Shown here: positions 44,349 to 59,645 of the stretch, piece by piece
Position numbering within the stretch: position 1 is the first letter of the stretch
How the letters are laid out: each line of letters begins with the position of its first letter
Assembly (NCBI RefSeq): GCF_009914755.1
Contig: NC_060939.1
Reading direction: 5' to 3' (one strand)
Length of the DNA stretch: 64,000 nucleotides
DNA from: the human T2T-CHM13v2.0 reference genome, Homo sapiens
The notes under the pieces: generated by a model
Database searches by the model: none
Told to the model about the DNA's origin: nothing
Seen by the model: only the letters and a program-made list of their open reading frames with translations
Position numbers and translations under genes: made by a program

Positions 44349-47219
44349 TGTTCTAGGACTCCTAAACGTGAATAAAATAGAAGCTTAGATACAAAACCAA
44401 ATGGCTTGCATGGCTACTTCACAAGAAAAGGATATCCAAATGGCAAATAAGGAAACAGAAGTTCGGCCTCACTGTTGATGAGGAAAGTACCAATTCCCCA
44501 GCCAGATACTGCTACACACGCATCCGAACGGCCAAAACCAGAGAGAATTACTGACAACACCGGCGTCAGTGAGGACATGGGGCAAGTAGAAAGCCACCCC
44601 AGCCACGGCAATGGAGATGGCACGGCCATTCTGCAAAGCTGGCAGCTGTTATGTGGTCACACATGCGCGCCCCAGGGGCCAGCAACTGCCCTCCTACTGT
44701 ACTGACATATACCTGCACGTGCGCCCCAACACACATGCTCGACCGTGATGAGCAATACTGTGCACGGAGCTGTGCTTCTTTGTATATTCTACCTTCATAA
44801 GTTTGTTTAAAAATAAGCAAAAGAGTAAGGTAGAGAGGCTTTGGTGAGAAACCGAAAGCGTGGAGAGAAAGGTGAGCTCTACCCCAAAATTTCCCAAGCG
44901 CCTGCAGAACAAGGACCGTCTCCTGCTGAAGTGGAGTCCTCAGGGCCTTGATAGACACAAGCCCAGAGCAGAGAAGCAGCAAAGGTTTGCTGAGACCAAC
45001 AGGATCATATGGCAGAACATCTGCCCCTTTCTTTGAGAGTGGATGGACAGGTAGAATCAAGAGAGGCTGGAAGAGAAAGATGCCACTTTTTATTTTCAGG
45101 TTTGCTGTATTAAACGAAGACAGACCAGAAGATAAAGTCACAACAGCAGTTCGGACCAGCTTCACCATCCAGAGACACAGGACGCTCAGTACAAACCTGG
45201 CAGTTCTGGTCCCTGCCCTGGCGGCCCCTGGCTCTGTGAGCTCTGAGAAGAGAGCAGGGCAAAGCCATAGGGTTTCAGAAGTGCTGCGAGCTGCTAACGC
45301 ACCCTCAGGGCAGCAGACATCCCAGGTTTAAGGCCTCCTCTGAAAGGTGTCCAAGTAACACATGTAACTTATGCTTCAGTGTAGAATACTTAAATTTTTA
45401 AAAATTATCCATATGAATGCCAGATCGCTGGCACATGGAAAGCACATAGATGGGGTTTCACTGTGGAAGCAAAAACCAGTTACAGGCACATAACCTTACA
45501 CCAGCCGTCCTCCCGCCGTCTTAGCAGGCTAGCCGCCTTCCTCTCCCTTTCTGGTGCATGTGGGCGGCACCTCATGATGACCCTGCTGTGTCCCAGCTCT
45601 GCACTCCACTCTCCTGCCCCTGCTGCACCTGCTGGGATGCAGCTGGCTTTTCATACAAGTGCATCTGAGCCTTCCTCTCCCCTCCCTCCCCAGCTCTTCC
45701 CCACACACAAACTGTCGAGGGGTAACAGAAGGTAAATTAGAGATGCATTTTCTACCCTGCAGTCTTCTGACGTAACTCCCACCAACAGCAACATAAATTA
45801 TAGCAGGAAAGGACGGGCCTAGGGAGTCGCTTTGGAAACACCGATGGTCCCTAAGGCCTCCACGTCAGCTAGCAAAAAATAAAAATTCCAAGAGCTGTGA
45901 AGACCAAGACTAAAAAAAATAATTGTGTGTGGGGGGACTCTCTTGCCAGTATTTTTGGACAGTGAATAAACCAGCTGCAGAAGACAGGGAGCAGAGCCAG
46001 GAATATAAAGTGAAGGGGGTGAGAAGGGGGTCGTGGGAGCGTTCCAAGCCTGAGACCTACATAGCAGTGAATTTGGGACAACCTTGTGAAATCTCTAGGC
46101 AGCAGGCCTGGTGATTTAAGGAGTGAGACGGGGAGAGGACGTTGTTTTCGTCAGAGCTTCGCTCTGAGGCCCTGGTCAGCTGCGCTTTGTAACCATCACT
46201 ACCATCAGGGCATCCTGCAGAAGCAGGCTGGAGGCTGCAGCCTGGACTTCATAAAACACGCCACATCCTGCGTCTCTTTGGGAAGCCCCGGAGATGGCTG
46301 GTAATCCACCCACCCAAGGCCTGTCCCGCCTCTTCCCATTCACCTGGGCTGGATCCATGGAGGCAAGAAACTCCATAGAAAACTACATGGGAAAAAGGAG
46401 CATGTTGTTTTCATTCACAACAGAAAACAGAGCTACGGTGCCACTGCGAAAGATCGAAGAGACTACCAAGGTGTAAATATTATAGGAGCAAAAAGGTATC
46501 ACTTCTCTTACTGGGGAAAAACAAGGCTGGGTTCTGTGTTGAAGCTTGTTCTCAAGGTGATGCCGAGCACTCCAGACTGAGATGCCACCTTGCTGGAGAA
46601 GGGCAGGCACAACAGGTGACAGATAGGCCTCATGTGGCCGTTTATAGCATCTGGGCCTCAGTGAGGGGAGATGATACAAGGGCATGAGGTCTACCTGGTG
46701 GTCTGCCACTTTTGGCCTAATCGTTTATGATCAGCTTTGTGTTTCAGTGAAAAAATGATATTAGGGATGTGTTTTGGAGGCACTGGTATTGCAGAGAGAT
46801 TGGTTTTCTGGGGCAAGTGCACATCCAGGCAGGAAGGCAGTCAGCACATTTTATGGAGTGGCCGCTCTGCTGTGGGCACGGAAGGCAGCATGGTGTCCAA
46901 ACAGGTGTGGCCTGTCCCGGGCCTGCACAGAGCTCTCAGCTCAAAGGCCAGTGGGGAGGACACAGTCAAAACAAGTGAGCAAATACATAACAACAATATC
47001 AGCTGTTGTAACACGTGTAACGTAAGGAAGAGGTGCCGAGGGAGACTTAAGCAGCACCCCATTTGAAGCAGGCTGTCAGGGGCAGAGATCTCTTGAGAAG
47101 ACATTTACACTAACACCCAAAGAAAGGAAAAGGGTAAGTTAAGGAAAGGGAAGACAGCACTGGGGAGGGTCCTGGGGTTAGAATGCTGTGGCCGAGAGCA
47201 CAAAGGAGGCTTCGAGGCT

Positions 47220-48037
<818 letters not shown>

Positions 48038-49544
48038 TAATTTCCTACATAAATGCCTAAGGGAACCCAGTGCGTGGTGCAGGTCTGCTGCATTCACCAC
48101 CCTCCTCATGACCAGACATGGAGGAGGCAGAAAGGATATAAGAGGAAACTGCATGGACTCAGTGGCTTTGGACTCAAGCAATGCAAGGATGGTGGTGCTA
48201 TTTACTGAGAGGGGAGATGTGGGCTAGGAGTAGAGGTCCCAGTTTAGAAAGGGTCCTGTTTGAAGTGTCTGTGAGAGAACAAAGGGGAGCTGGTGGGACT
48301 GCATCCCTTGTGGGTAGGCAGGGATTTTATCTGTGTTTGCTTCTCACTGCAGGCCCACAGCTAGCAGAGTTCAGGCCCTGGCAAGGTTTACTGAAGGCTT
48401 CATGTTGGAAAGGCTTCATCAGGAAGGGGCCTGCGGCTGGGAGGAGTGGGAATGCTGCAGGCTCTTTCTGTTCCTTCTGCCATCGCCCTGCCCCACAGGA
48501 CGATGCTGCTGGACAACAGAGATTGGACGTGAAGGTGCATCAATGACTAACAATCCGACGTGCTGAGACCCACAAACCCTCAGCTGTCTGTGTACCGAGG
48601 CCCTGCAAATTCTCCCATTCCTCAATGATAAAATACAGGAAAAAGCAAGGGAGAGAACAGCCACGACTATCATGGCGAGGGAGAGGGAGGACCTGATGAA
48701 GAAGAAGAGTGAAAGATTTTCACAACTTTGTGATTTACAGAACAGCCTCTCTCCTGGGGCCATGGGACCTGGGGGAATGGGGTGAGAATCCCAATATAAG
48801 AAACCCCATGGCAGGCCAGGCCAGCGAGAGTACGAGAGTACACTAATGCCGCTGTCTGAACTGGGTGGTGTTTAGGATCCCCCCAGAGCAAAATGCCCCT
48901 GTGGTATCCCAGAGCAACCATGGGTGGGCAGGGCAGGAAGCAGTTCAGATGGTGACAGGGTTCCTGCCAAGACATGAAGGCAAAAAGCTCTGGAAAGCCT
49001 TGTCTTTGGGCTACCAATGCCAGGGAAGCCCTAGCTAATGTCATCCCGAGAAGGCAGACAACACCAGTTCCCTTCAAAGAGGCACCTATGGCATTTGCAT
49101 AGCGTTGATAACGTCTTATTCTTGCAAATGTTGCCCTCGCCTAGAGACAACTTAAATGTTGACAGTCTCAGGACACTGGCTCCTTCAGACATTCAGAGGT
49201 TCTGATATCCTCCTGCTATGATGTTTACTGGGTGTCACCTGTTATGAGATAAGACACGTAACGTGCCAAGAAGACCAGTCTTCCACTAGGACCCACAAAC
49301 TCCAATCACAAACGTGGAGCACCCATGACAACCACAATCCCTGCCAATTTCTCTCTGCACTTAACAAAGCCTTAGACAGGGAAGGGCAACTGGTACCATC
49401 CTCGTTCTTCTGTGAGTGCTAATAACAAGAGGGGCTGCTTATTAAATACACACCAAGGACTTTCTGTGCATTCCCATGAATTCTTCCAAGTTTCAGATGA
49501 AAAGACAAGTACCAGCCGTCGGCGCTATAAGAAGTCATGCTGGC

Positions 49545-49840
<296 letters not shown>

Positions 49841-49910
49841 GTTGTCATGCTGGGATTTGAAGATTTGTCTGTCCTGGCTTTGAAGCCTGGCTCTTCCCAC
49901 TCTACCATGT

Positions 49911-49930
49911 CCGCTCCCTCTAGTGGGCAG
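49911..49930 (-). promoter_or_regulatory. Candidate CTCF motif
   Basis: Minus strand CTGCCCACTAGAGGGAGCGG, close to the CTCF core CCACTAGRGGGCGC; motif match only. Confidence 0.35.
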
Positions 49931-50164
49931 AACTAAGGCCAGGGAACAGAAGAGTCGTGAGGTCACATGACCATTAACCAACAGGGTCAGGCCCAATGCC
50001 ATGACTCCAAACCCAGCCCTTTCTTCACGAGGCCAGAGGTCAAACTATTAACGTCAACACAGAGTAATGCAAAAACTGCAACCACCTATTAATTTCCCAC
50101 CATTTAGCTAAACAGGGTTTCTAATCATCTACCCACCTATGCCCTTAATTAAGAAGTCATTCCT

Positions 50165-50478
<314 letters not shown>

Positions 50479-50629
50479 CTAAACACCTATGTGCCCCGCA
50501 CTCTGCTGGGTGCTAGAGGGAAATGTTTTAATAAGACATAATTAATACATAATGCCAATTCTTATAGCATTGCTGGGAAAATGGTGCTCCTGTCACTGAC
50601 CAGACTAGGAGCATAACCCTTCCTTTAAT

Positions 50630-50765
50630 CCAGAGGTTCCAACATTGACTGCTGCTGGAGTCACCTGGGAAGATAAAATATCCAATTCCTGGGCCCCACC
50701 CTTAGTGTTCTGTGATTTGATCAGTCTGGGGTATGACCTGGGCATCAGGATTTTTAAACATAAGA
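50630..50765. mobile_element. MER5-family fragment
   Basis: CAGAGGTTCC...GAGTCACCTGGG...CTGGGCATCAGGATTTTTAAA. Confidence 0.6.
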
Positions 50766-50923
50766 GGCATTTGCTAATTATCCATCAACAGGACTTAATT
50801 GTGGAGATTTCTTTATAGTCACTATTTAGAACTTGCTCGTTTTCAAAATTGATGTGCTGCAACTGCTGACACACAAGGCATAAAACAGATCATTAAAAGA
50901 AATGGTAAGAAATGGGAAGCTTC

Positions 50924-51463
50924 ATTTGACCCAGCAATCCCATTACTGAGTATATACCCAAGGATTATAAATCATTCTACCATAAAGACACACGCAGCCA
51001 TATGTTTATTGTGGCACTATTCACAATAGCAAAGACTTGGAACCAACCCAAATGCCCATCAATGATAGACTGGATAAAGAAAATGTGGCACATATACACC
51101 ATGGAATACTACGCAGCCATAAAAAAAGGATGGGTTCATGTCCTTTGCAGGGACATGGATGAAGCTGAAAAACATCATTCTCAGCAAACTAACACAGGAA
51201 CAGAAAACCAAACACTGTATGTTCTCACTCAGAAATGGGAGCTGAACAATGAGAACACAGGGACACAGAGAGGGAAACATCACACACCGGGGCCTGTCGA
51301 GGGGGTTGAGGGGCAAGGGGAGGGACAGCATTAGGAGAAATACCTAATGTAGGTGACGAGTTGATGGGTGCAGCAAACCACCATGGCACGTGTATACCTA
51401 TGGAACAAACCTGCACATTCTGCACATGTACCCCAGAACTTAAAGTATGAAAAAAAAAAAAAA
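50924..51463 (+). mobile_element. 5'-truncated L1PA (about L1PA7/8) 3' end
   Basis: ORF2 C-terminus plus 3'UTR plus poly-A; TSD AAGAAATGGGAA(G/A)CTTCA on both sides. Confidence 0.92.
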
Positions 51464-52089
51464 AAGAAATGGGAAACTTCAAGAAGAAAAGGGAAAAATC
51501 TGGTGATGGAATTATCACCATCAAGCCCAAAATCGATCCCTGAGTTTCGTGGAACAAATGTACAAAGGTGAACAGGAAAGGTCATGGTGTCATTAGAGTC
51601 AATAAAAAGAAGCCAAAGAGAAAAAAACTAAATCACATTTTTTCTAACAGTTACAGGAGGACCCATGGCAAATATTAGGATGAGGAAGACAGCTGCACCC
51701 AGACACTCTGTGACTCATGAACCACCAGGCTGCTCCCACATCAGAGACAGCCAGTGTGGAATGACCCTGGACTTGCTAAACCACGGGCAGGCTGGAGGGA
51801 CTGTCATACAGCTGTCTCCGAAAACCTTTCCACTGAGGCCCAGGGAAGGAATGAGGGAGTCAGCTCACCCCAGACTCTACTGTATCCATGTTCACAGAAA
51901 GAGCAATTTAAGCTGAGATGTCATTTGACACACACGAGGTCCCTGCACCCTGGACCTTGGCTGGGTTTCATTTTCCATATCTTCTAATGCTCAGCGGGAG
52001 ACAGACCCTGCTTTGTGTGAGGCAGCGAGAGCTGCTGTTGGGAAACTCCAATCGTGGCACGTTGGGGTATGGCTGGTCAGGGGACTTAC

Positions 52090-52235
52090 GGGGGGTTGTC
52101 ACATTTCCTCTGCCGGAAGCGGGCTCCCGTCCCACATGTTCGGCTGCACATGCTCCAGGCGCCCCACGGGCTCCAGTCTCCGTCCACATGCTCCGGGATG
52201 GGCGTCTTGCTCACGCACTCCCCCGCGCGGCACCA
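52090..52235 (-). CDS. ADAMTS17: ADAMTS17 coding exon (probably exon 12), end of disintegrin-like domain and N-half of TSR1; 146 nt, phase 0/2
   Basis: gtgtttcag|TGGTGCCGC...AACCCCCC|gtaagt; [48 protein letters not shown](P); contains the TSR WxxWxxW, CSRTCG and RxRxR motifs. Confidence 0.97.
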
Positions 52236-53296
52236 CTGAAACACAGCGGGGAGGGTCGGGGCCCAGGCACTCAGCAGAGCTGCTCACTCCAGCCCGCCAG
52301 GCCCCAAAATGCCGTGCTGCCAAAAACCCATTTGCTAAATTTACATAAAGGTACAGTCTATTTCAGGGTTTGCACGTTTGCTAATTTTAGAGACATGCCT
52401 TACTTACTCAAACTGACACTCATATCGCTGTAGGGTTTGGATTTTGCCCTCAACTTTCAGATGGATGTGCTCCATGGGGATTTTCTAAATCCCAGAAAAA
52501 GGATGAATCTACGTAGCTCTTGAAGAGACCTGGGCTTCTGCAAACTTTGTTTGACGTGAGTGCGTTTCTCGCTGGGAGGCGGCATGCCCCGGTTGAGGTT
52601 GTGAACCTGAGAGTTGTGTTTGCTGCTTGGCGATGGCACAGCCAGCTCCACGTGAGGGAACCTTGGTTCTTTCTGAGGATAACTCAAGGCCAGCCCTATA
52701 AAACAATTTCTCAAAGTGCACAGCACATACCCTGAGGTGCTAGGTGTGATTTCTGTGGTTCCCAATCACGGCATCAGAGCAAACCTTTACTCCTTTTTCA
52801 ACTCTTTCAATTCTTGCAATAAGACTGGAGAGAGGTCCTGGGGCTGCAGATCCCGAACACCCCTTCTCTCCAACACCTCCCCATCTCTCCTGCACATGAG
52901 GAACAAGCTCATTCTCTCAACATTTAGCTAGAATTGGATAATACTGTTCTCACTGAATTATTTTTACGAGAGCCTACTGTGTATGGCAGGTGATGTTGTT
53001 TTTCCATTTGAAATATACTGGTGAAAGTGTTCCTTTTAAGTAAATTTCCTTACATGATGAAAGGAGTTAATCTAACAAAAATATTAAGTAAATGATACTT
53101 GTATCTTATAAGAAAAAGGAATGAGGTGATGTAGGCACCACTCTGTGCCCGGAGTGGCCTCCATGGGCATTTCTGTGCCGCCTGGGGGATGTTTCAGGGG
53201 CTCCTAAGTAGAGTACAGATTGTGTGTCAGAAGAGGTGCCAGTTGCCTGCAAGATGTGGAGCTGCCTGTTGGGGGCAGTGGGAAGTCAGAGGTTAC

Positions 53297-53398
53297 CTTG
53301 TCTGCCCCACACTCGGTGCCATCCAGGGGAGGGTCCAGCTTGGTCTTGCAGGATGTGTCTCCTTCTACCAGGCACCACAGTCCAGCACACATTAGATG
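53297..53398 (-). CDS. ADAMTS17: ADAMTS17 coding exon (probably exon 11), disintegrin-like domain; 102 nt, phase 0/0
   Basis: Minus strand ttccttcccttgtcctgcag|CATCTAATG...GACAAG|gtaacc; translates [34 protein letters not shown], which I recognise as ADAMTS17; joins the next exon in frame. Confidence 0.97.
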
Positions 53399-55230
53399 CT
53401 GCAGGACAAGGGAAGGAACCATAATTGTGGAGAACACCCACACTCACAGGTCACAGCTGGGGTCAGAGGTGTGGCCCAACCACTGTTTCAAATTTGGGAT
53501 TCGAAACGTATGGGGAAGCCAGAGGGTCATAAGTCTGTATGTCCAAAATATCAGTGCATCACTTGAACTGGCTCATTTAGCTCAACAAAATTCTGTGCAT
53601 CTACTCCTAGGAGGGCTTGTCTCACGGAGTTGAGTTCAACAGCTCCAACAACCACCGAGGGCCTAGGAGATATCAGAGGCACAGCCCTGGCCAGGAGCAG
53701 CAGCCCCTGCCTCCCAGGAGTGATGAGCAAACAGACATCTTCCATTTACAGCAGTGAGGGGCTGTCTAGGGGACACAGAAAGAGGATCTAACCAAACCTC
53801 ATCAGGGAGGGCTTGCTGGAAGAGGCAACTCTGAAGTCAAGGCCAGATGGGTAGGCAACCACTGTGAGGCCAAGAAATGACAGCCCAAAGGGCCATGAAG
53901 GACTGGTACCCCGACAGGGTTACAGGGGCAACCTTCTGTTCTCCCTGCGGTCACCTGTTTCTAGCTCAGCTGAGCTGTGCACAATTTTTTAATAGCATTT
54001 TACCTACAGAACTTCCAGAACATCTACAAATACACAATTAAAATAATTCCACTAAAACAGGAATTGGCATTTAAACACACAGACTCCCAACTGTATCATT
54101 AGGAAATCTGGGCATCGACAAAGTGCTCAGAAGGAGACAATTTATCAAAATCATGGAAGCAGACACAGCCAGTGTCCTCTCTGAAGGAACCACATGCAGA
54201 CAGTGACCTCAACCATAAGAGACAGGAGCTGGTAACTCCCCACCCGCCCAGGGGACAGGGAGATGATACTGAGGCAAGTTCCACACGCCTCTCAGAGGGT
54301 CCTGGGGGGGATGGCCCCGCTGCCGACAGCAGTCACTTACTCAGGATTGCACCTTTCTTGACTGCTCTCTCCCTCACCCCCTCACAGTGCTTCCTGGGAT
54401 CACTTCCCAGATAAACTACTTGCACCCAAATCCTGGCCTCACAGTCTGAAAATTGAGAACAGATGTACTTAAAGATCTTGTGAAGACGCAGTGATTCCAG
54501 GATGACAAACCCAATCATGGCTAAAAGGCCCAAGTTGGAGCAGGAAGACATCACCCTCCAGGGTGTGGCCAGGGACCTGCTGCTTCACACTGAGCAGGAT
54601 GAAGGTCAAGGAGCTCCTGTAGCTGGTGCAGGGTGGTCACCGTGTGGTTTGCAAAGGGTGTCGAGTTCAGTTTAGAGGTCTGCTCTTCCAAGTAATCTCA
54701 AACATCTGCATAGAAGAGACGCACAACTGTGCTGTCTAAAATCAAACAGTTTTTAGAAGTTGAAGGGATAAAAATAAGAGAAAGGGAAGGAAGGCAGAGC
54801 TGGAGGGAGCTTTTAAAGAGAGCTAAGAAAAGCCCACAGCTCCTTCTCATTTTTCACGTATGTCGGAGCTGATCTGTGCCCTTTAGGAAGTGGATGGCTC
54901 AAGTGGAATACTGCACATGCGGTTCAGAAAAGCCTGCATGTTCCCATGATTGTTCACCCCTCAAAGGAATGGTAAAAAGATAAGAGCCCCAGTGCAGCAC
55001 AGCTGGTCCTATAAAGACCAACTGCACCTCATCAAACATTTGATTCCATGCACTCTGACCTGCGAGCTCTTTGAGACTGTGGTGTCTGTGTGTGGACATG
55101 TGCTCACAAGACAAGGCTGACCCAGGGGGAGAATTTATGGGACAGGAGCGGTTGGGATTAGGAGAAATGACCACTCCATCAGGAGAAAGAGGAAGAAGGT
55201 GGTGTCAACTGTTCGTTATGGATTTTATAG

Positions 55231-56320
<1,090 letters not shown>

Positions 56321-57473
56321 TTCATTTACATACAGTTTAACAACAATGTTGAACCACAGTGTTGGGAGTCAGGATAGTGGCTACCTTTGTCGTCAGCTTA
56401 AGAAAAAAGAAAACGGGAATGACAGCAAAGGAGAAGTTAGCACTGCAGCGTCTCATCCAAGCTTGGCCACCAGCACTGCTCTCTGCACCCAAGCCAAGTC
56501 CTCACCATTCTTGTGATACATTTTCACTACTGAACAGATGCGGTGACTACACGAATGCTTGTCATCACCTTGATGCCTTCTAGATCAACAGCCTGCATTC
56601 ATGTCATGCATTGCAAATGACAAAGTGCTCAGGTTCCTGTCATCCTGAGCCTCATGGCAGCCCTGGGAGGCAGGCAGGAGGGGGCTTTCTCTATTTTTTC
56701 CACTTTTCCAAAGAGGAGGTCAATGTTTGTGAAGGTCACAGAGTCTGAGCTGGGTTAGAAGCACAAGACTCATAAAGAAGAGAACTAAAGTGATGTAAAA
56801 GAAAGGGCATTTGAATATAAATTCAAGACCCTCAACTGAAATGATGGAAGGTCTTATTCTCAGATTGCAAAGCAAAGCCCCAAGAAAAAATGGCGCAAAA
56901 TAATGAGCCCAGAGGCGTGTCCTGATAAAGTCACTGGGTTTCAGAGATACACCAGAACACTCTTTGGGTAGCCAGCACAGATAATGGGAAAAGAGCTCGG
57001 GCTGTGCAGATGTCTTTGCAGCAGCCTCTCTCTACAGGCACTGGAGTGAGTGATGCTGATACAGACACAAGGAAAGGCAGAACATGTGGCCCAGGAAATT
57101 TATATCAACTAAACGCTTGCTCAAGTACTTAGGCAATGGAAAAAGATTTTTGAACTTACAAGTAGTTAAATCCTTTCTGGAGAAGTTACCACAGGACGAC
57201 CCTTGGCCAACTAAGAAATGACTGAAGAACCCATAGAAAATGGGCCAGCAGTGAGCACTGATCAAAGTATTGATTGAAACCAACGTAGGAATGGGAGTTA
57301 GAGAACAGAATTCATGGGACGGAAACCCAGACAAGGCAGAAATGACAGAGAGAAGAACCGGCTGGGAAGAAGGTGCACTGGGGTGGGAGCTGTGGGAGGC
57401 TGTCTATATGTACATCAATGTCTTTATCTTTTCTAGCTGGGGAAAGAGTAAAATATAACAGATAAAATGTGAA

Positions 57474-57566
57474 AACTGAGATATAAGAACTTCCAAAGGT
57501 AAAATGTTAAGCACAAAGAAAAATAACAGAATTGGGTGGTGGAAGGAGTGAAAGGGTGGGGCTTGG
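57474..57566 (+). repeat. Left arm of a ~93-bp inverted repeat (partner at 58026-58119)
   Basis: Manual alignment to the reverse complement of 58026-58119: about 10 mismatches plus 1 indel. Confidence 0.9.
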
Positions 57567-57873
57567 AGGTGGAGATGCATTCATCATGCTCAGGAAGCCA
57601 GGCACCCTAAAGAGAAGGGTGACTGATGGATGAACCTTCTGCTTTCAGCGAATAGCAGACTTTGTGGCAGACAGGGCTGCTCTTCCAGTACACAACAGCT
57701 GGGTACCATAATAAAGGATAGTTCTTATAGCTGAGCTCACCCCCAAGTAAAGGAAATATCCGAGGAAGCAAATACAAAACCCATACCCAGCTGTCTTTAT
57801 ACATATACACTACTGTATACCAATGTGTGATGAGCACATGCAAGGGTGGGTTCCCCAAAGGGCAGGCGTTGGT

Positions 57874-58046
57874 TGCCAACACCAACACCCACCCTTTCAC
57901 TACCAACATCCACCCTTTCACTGCCAACACCAACACCCACCCTTTCACTACCAACACCCACCCTTTCACTGCCAACACCCACCCTTTCACTGCCAACACC
58001 AATGCCCACCCTTTCACTGCCAACACCAATGCCCGCCCTTTCATTC
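57874..58046. repeat. Minisatellite of 21/27-bp units (CCAACA)1-2CCCACCCTTTCACT(G/A), about 7 copies
   Basis: Direct reading; produces the repetitive ORFs at 57607-58330. Confidence 0.95.
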
Positions 58047-58119
58047 CTTCTACCACCCAATTGTGCTATTTTTTCTTTGTGGTTAACATTTTACCTTTGA
58101 AAGCTCTTATATCTCAGTT
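58026..58119 (-). repeat. Right arm of the ~93-bp inverted repeat
   Basis: Reverse complement AACTGAGATATAAGAGCTTTCAAAGGTAAAATGTTAACC...GAAAGGGCGGGCATTGG matches 57474-57566. Confidence 0.9.
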
Positions 58120-58419
58120 GGCACTGAAGTTGGGAGAAGTCATCTGGGGCTGGCCTATCTCAGATAGAACAAGGTCAGGAGATCTATCTGAGACACCCAG
58201 GTTAAACCAGGGAATCTGGAAGGGTGTGTTTACCAGTTCTGAAAAGGCTAGAAGCAGCCCCTTTTCAGAAAAAGGGGTTCTGGTTGAAACAAATTTAAGT
58301 TCTCCTAAAGAGAGCAATTTAGGATCTTAGAATTCCATGGTTATGTCCAATAAAGTATAAACCCATAATCAAACATGGTAATGTGAGTGATGGTCAGCAG
58401 CAACAACAAACAGAAGATT

Positions 58420-58830
58420 TAAACTGTCAAGGTGTTTAGGTAATAAAATTGTCAGATACAGAATTTATAGTAACTATCTATAAAGAAATAGAAGATGAGA
58501 TTACATAAACAAGCTAGCAGCAAGATATTAACACTGTTGAATATAAGAAACTGGAAATAACATTTAAAAATGAAATATATAATTGTTGAAGAAAATCAAT
58601 GGATTTTGACAGCCCCGAATGAGAGAATTTGTGACTAGAAAACAGACCTGAAGAAATTATCCAGAATGCAGCCTGCAGAGGAAAGGCGGTGGGGAATATA
58701 AAAGATGGGTTAAGAGATCCGAAGAACCAAGTGAGAAATACTGATGTATGTGTCTAATCAGACCCAGAAGGAGAGAATAGAAAGAGTTGGGCAGAGACAA
58801 TATTTGAGAAGAAAACAGCTGGAACAGAAC
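58420..58830 (+). mobile_element. Very old L1M ORF1-like remnant
   Basis: GACCTGAAGAAATTATCCAGAATGCAGC...CCAGAAGGAGAGAATAGA...ATATTTGAG pattern. Confidence 0.55.
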
Positions 58831-59454
58831 ACATGCCATGTAGAATAAAGACATTCTCCACTTAGGGGCGGGAGGCAGTGTTCTACTATGGCCGCAATGA
58901 TCTCTGTCTCTTAGGATTACACCCTCGTGTGACCCCCTCCTCTTAAACACGGGCTCAAACTACTAACTTGCCTTTTAAAAAAATTTAAAATGCTTTAATA
59001 TACATTTTAAAAAACAAGAAGGACAAAAATTATCAGTGATTTCCCGGTAATAGGGGAAGAGACTAGCTTGAAGGCGCATGGGGGGTATTTTGGGCGATGG
59101 ACCTGTTTTGCAAATTGATTGGTTATATAACTCTGCATTTGTCAAATTTCAAAGACTGGGCATTAAAAAGGGCGAAACAGAAAAGCCAACGAAAAATATA
59201 AGGGTTGGCTCTTTGGGGGGAAACTAGATGAACCTTTTGTTAAACAATACAAGAAAAAGGGGAGAAAAGTACAACAAAGAAGAAAAGAAAGGAGAAAATA
59301 TCCAAAATGTAGAGAAATCTAAAAAAATTATCAGGGGCGACTTAGCTCAGTTTTATGTACATAAGCCTGAGATGAAATGATTTTCTAAGAATGTGTAAGT
59401 GAGCAAAGCCATCGCTCGGGAAAGACTAAAAGTGTATGTAGACTCATTGACATA

Positions 59455-59645
59455 AAAGACCCAGAGGATGTTTGGCAATGTCCGAAGGCATTTTTTGGTT
59501 GTCACAACCAGGGGGAGTGCCCCCGAGCTATAGGGGGCAGAGGCCAAGGATACTGCTAAAGATCTTGTATTGTACAAGACAGTGCCCTGCAACAAAGAAT
59601 TATTCAGCCTAAGACACCAATAGCGCTGAGGTTGGGAAACGGCTA
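59455..59645 (+). mobile_element. MER20 DNA transposon remnant
   Basis: TTTGGCAATGTC...TTTTGGTTGTCACAAC...GAGGCCAAGGATACTGCTAAA...GCTGAGGTTGGGAAAC. Confidence 0.8.

Noticed and set aside
44566-45168. 200-aa minus-strand ORF, the longest non-L1 ORF
   Set aside because: No recognisable domain, non-ATG start, partly overlaps a degenerate old L1; consistent with chance
57607-58330. Several overlapping 84-167 aa ORFs with repetitive peptides
   Set aside because: They arise from a 21/27-bp tandem repeat lacking stops; no splice or homology support
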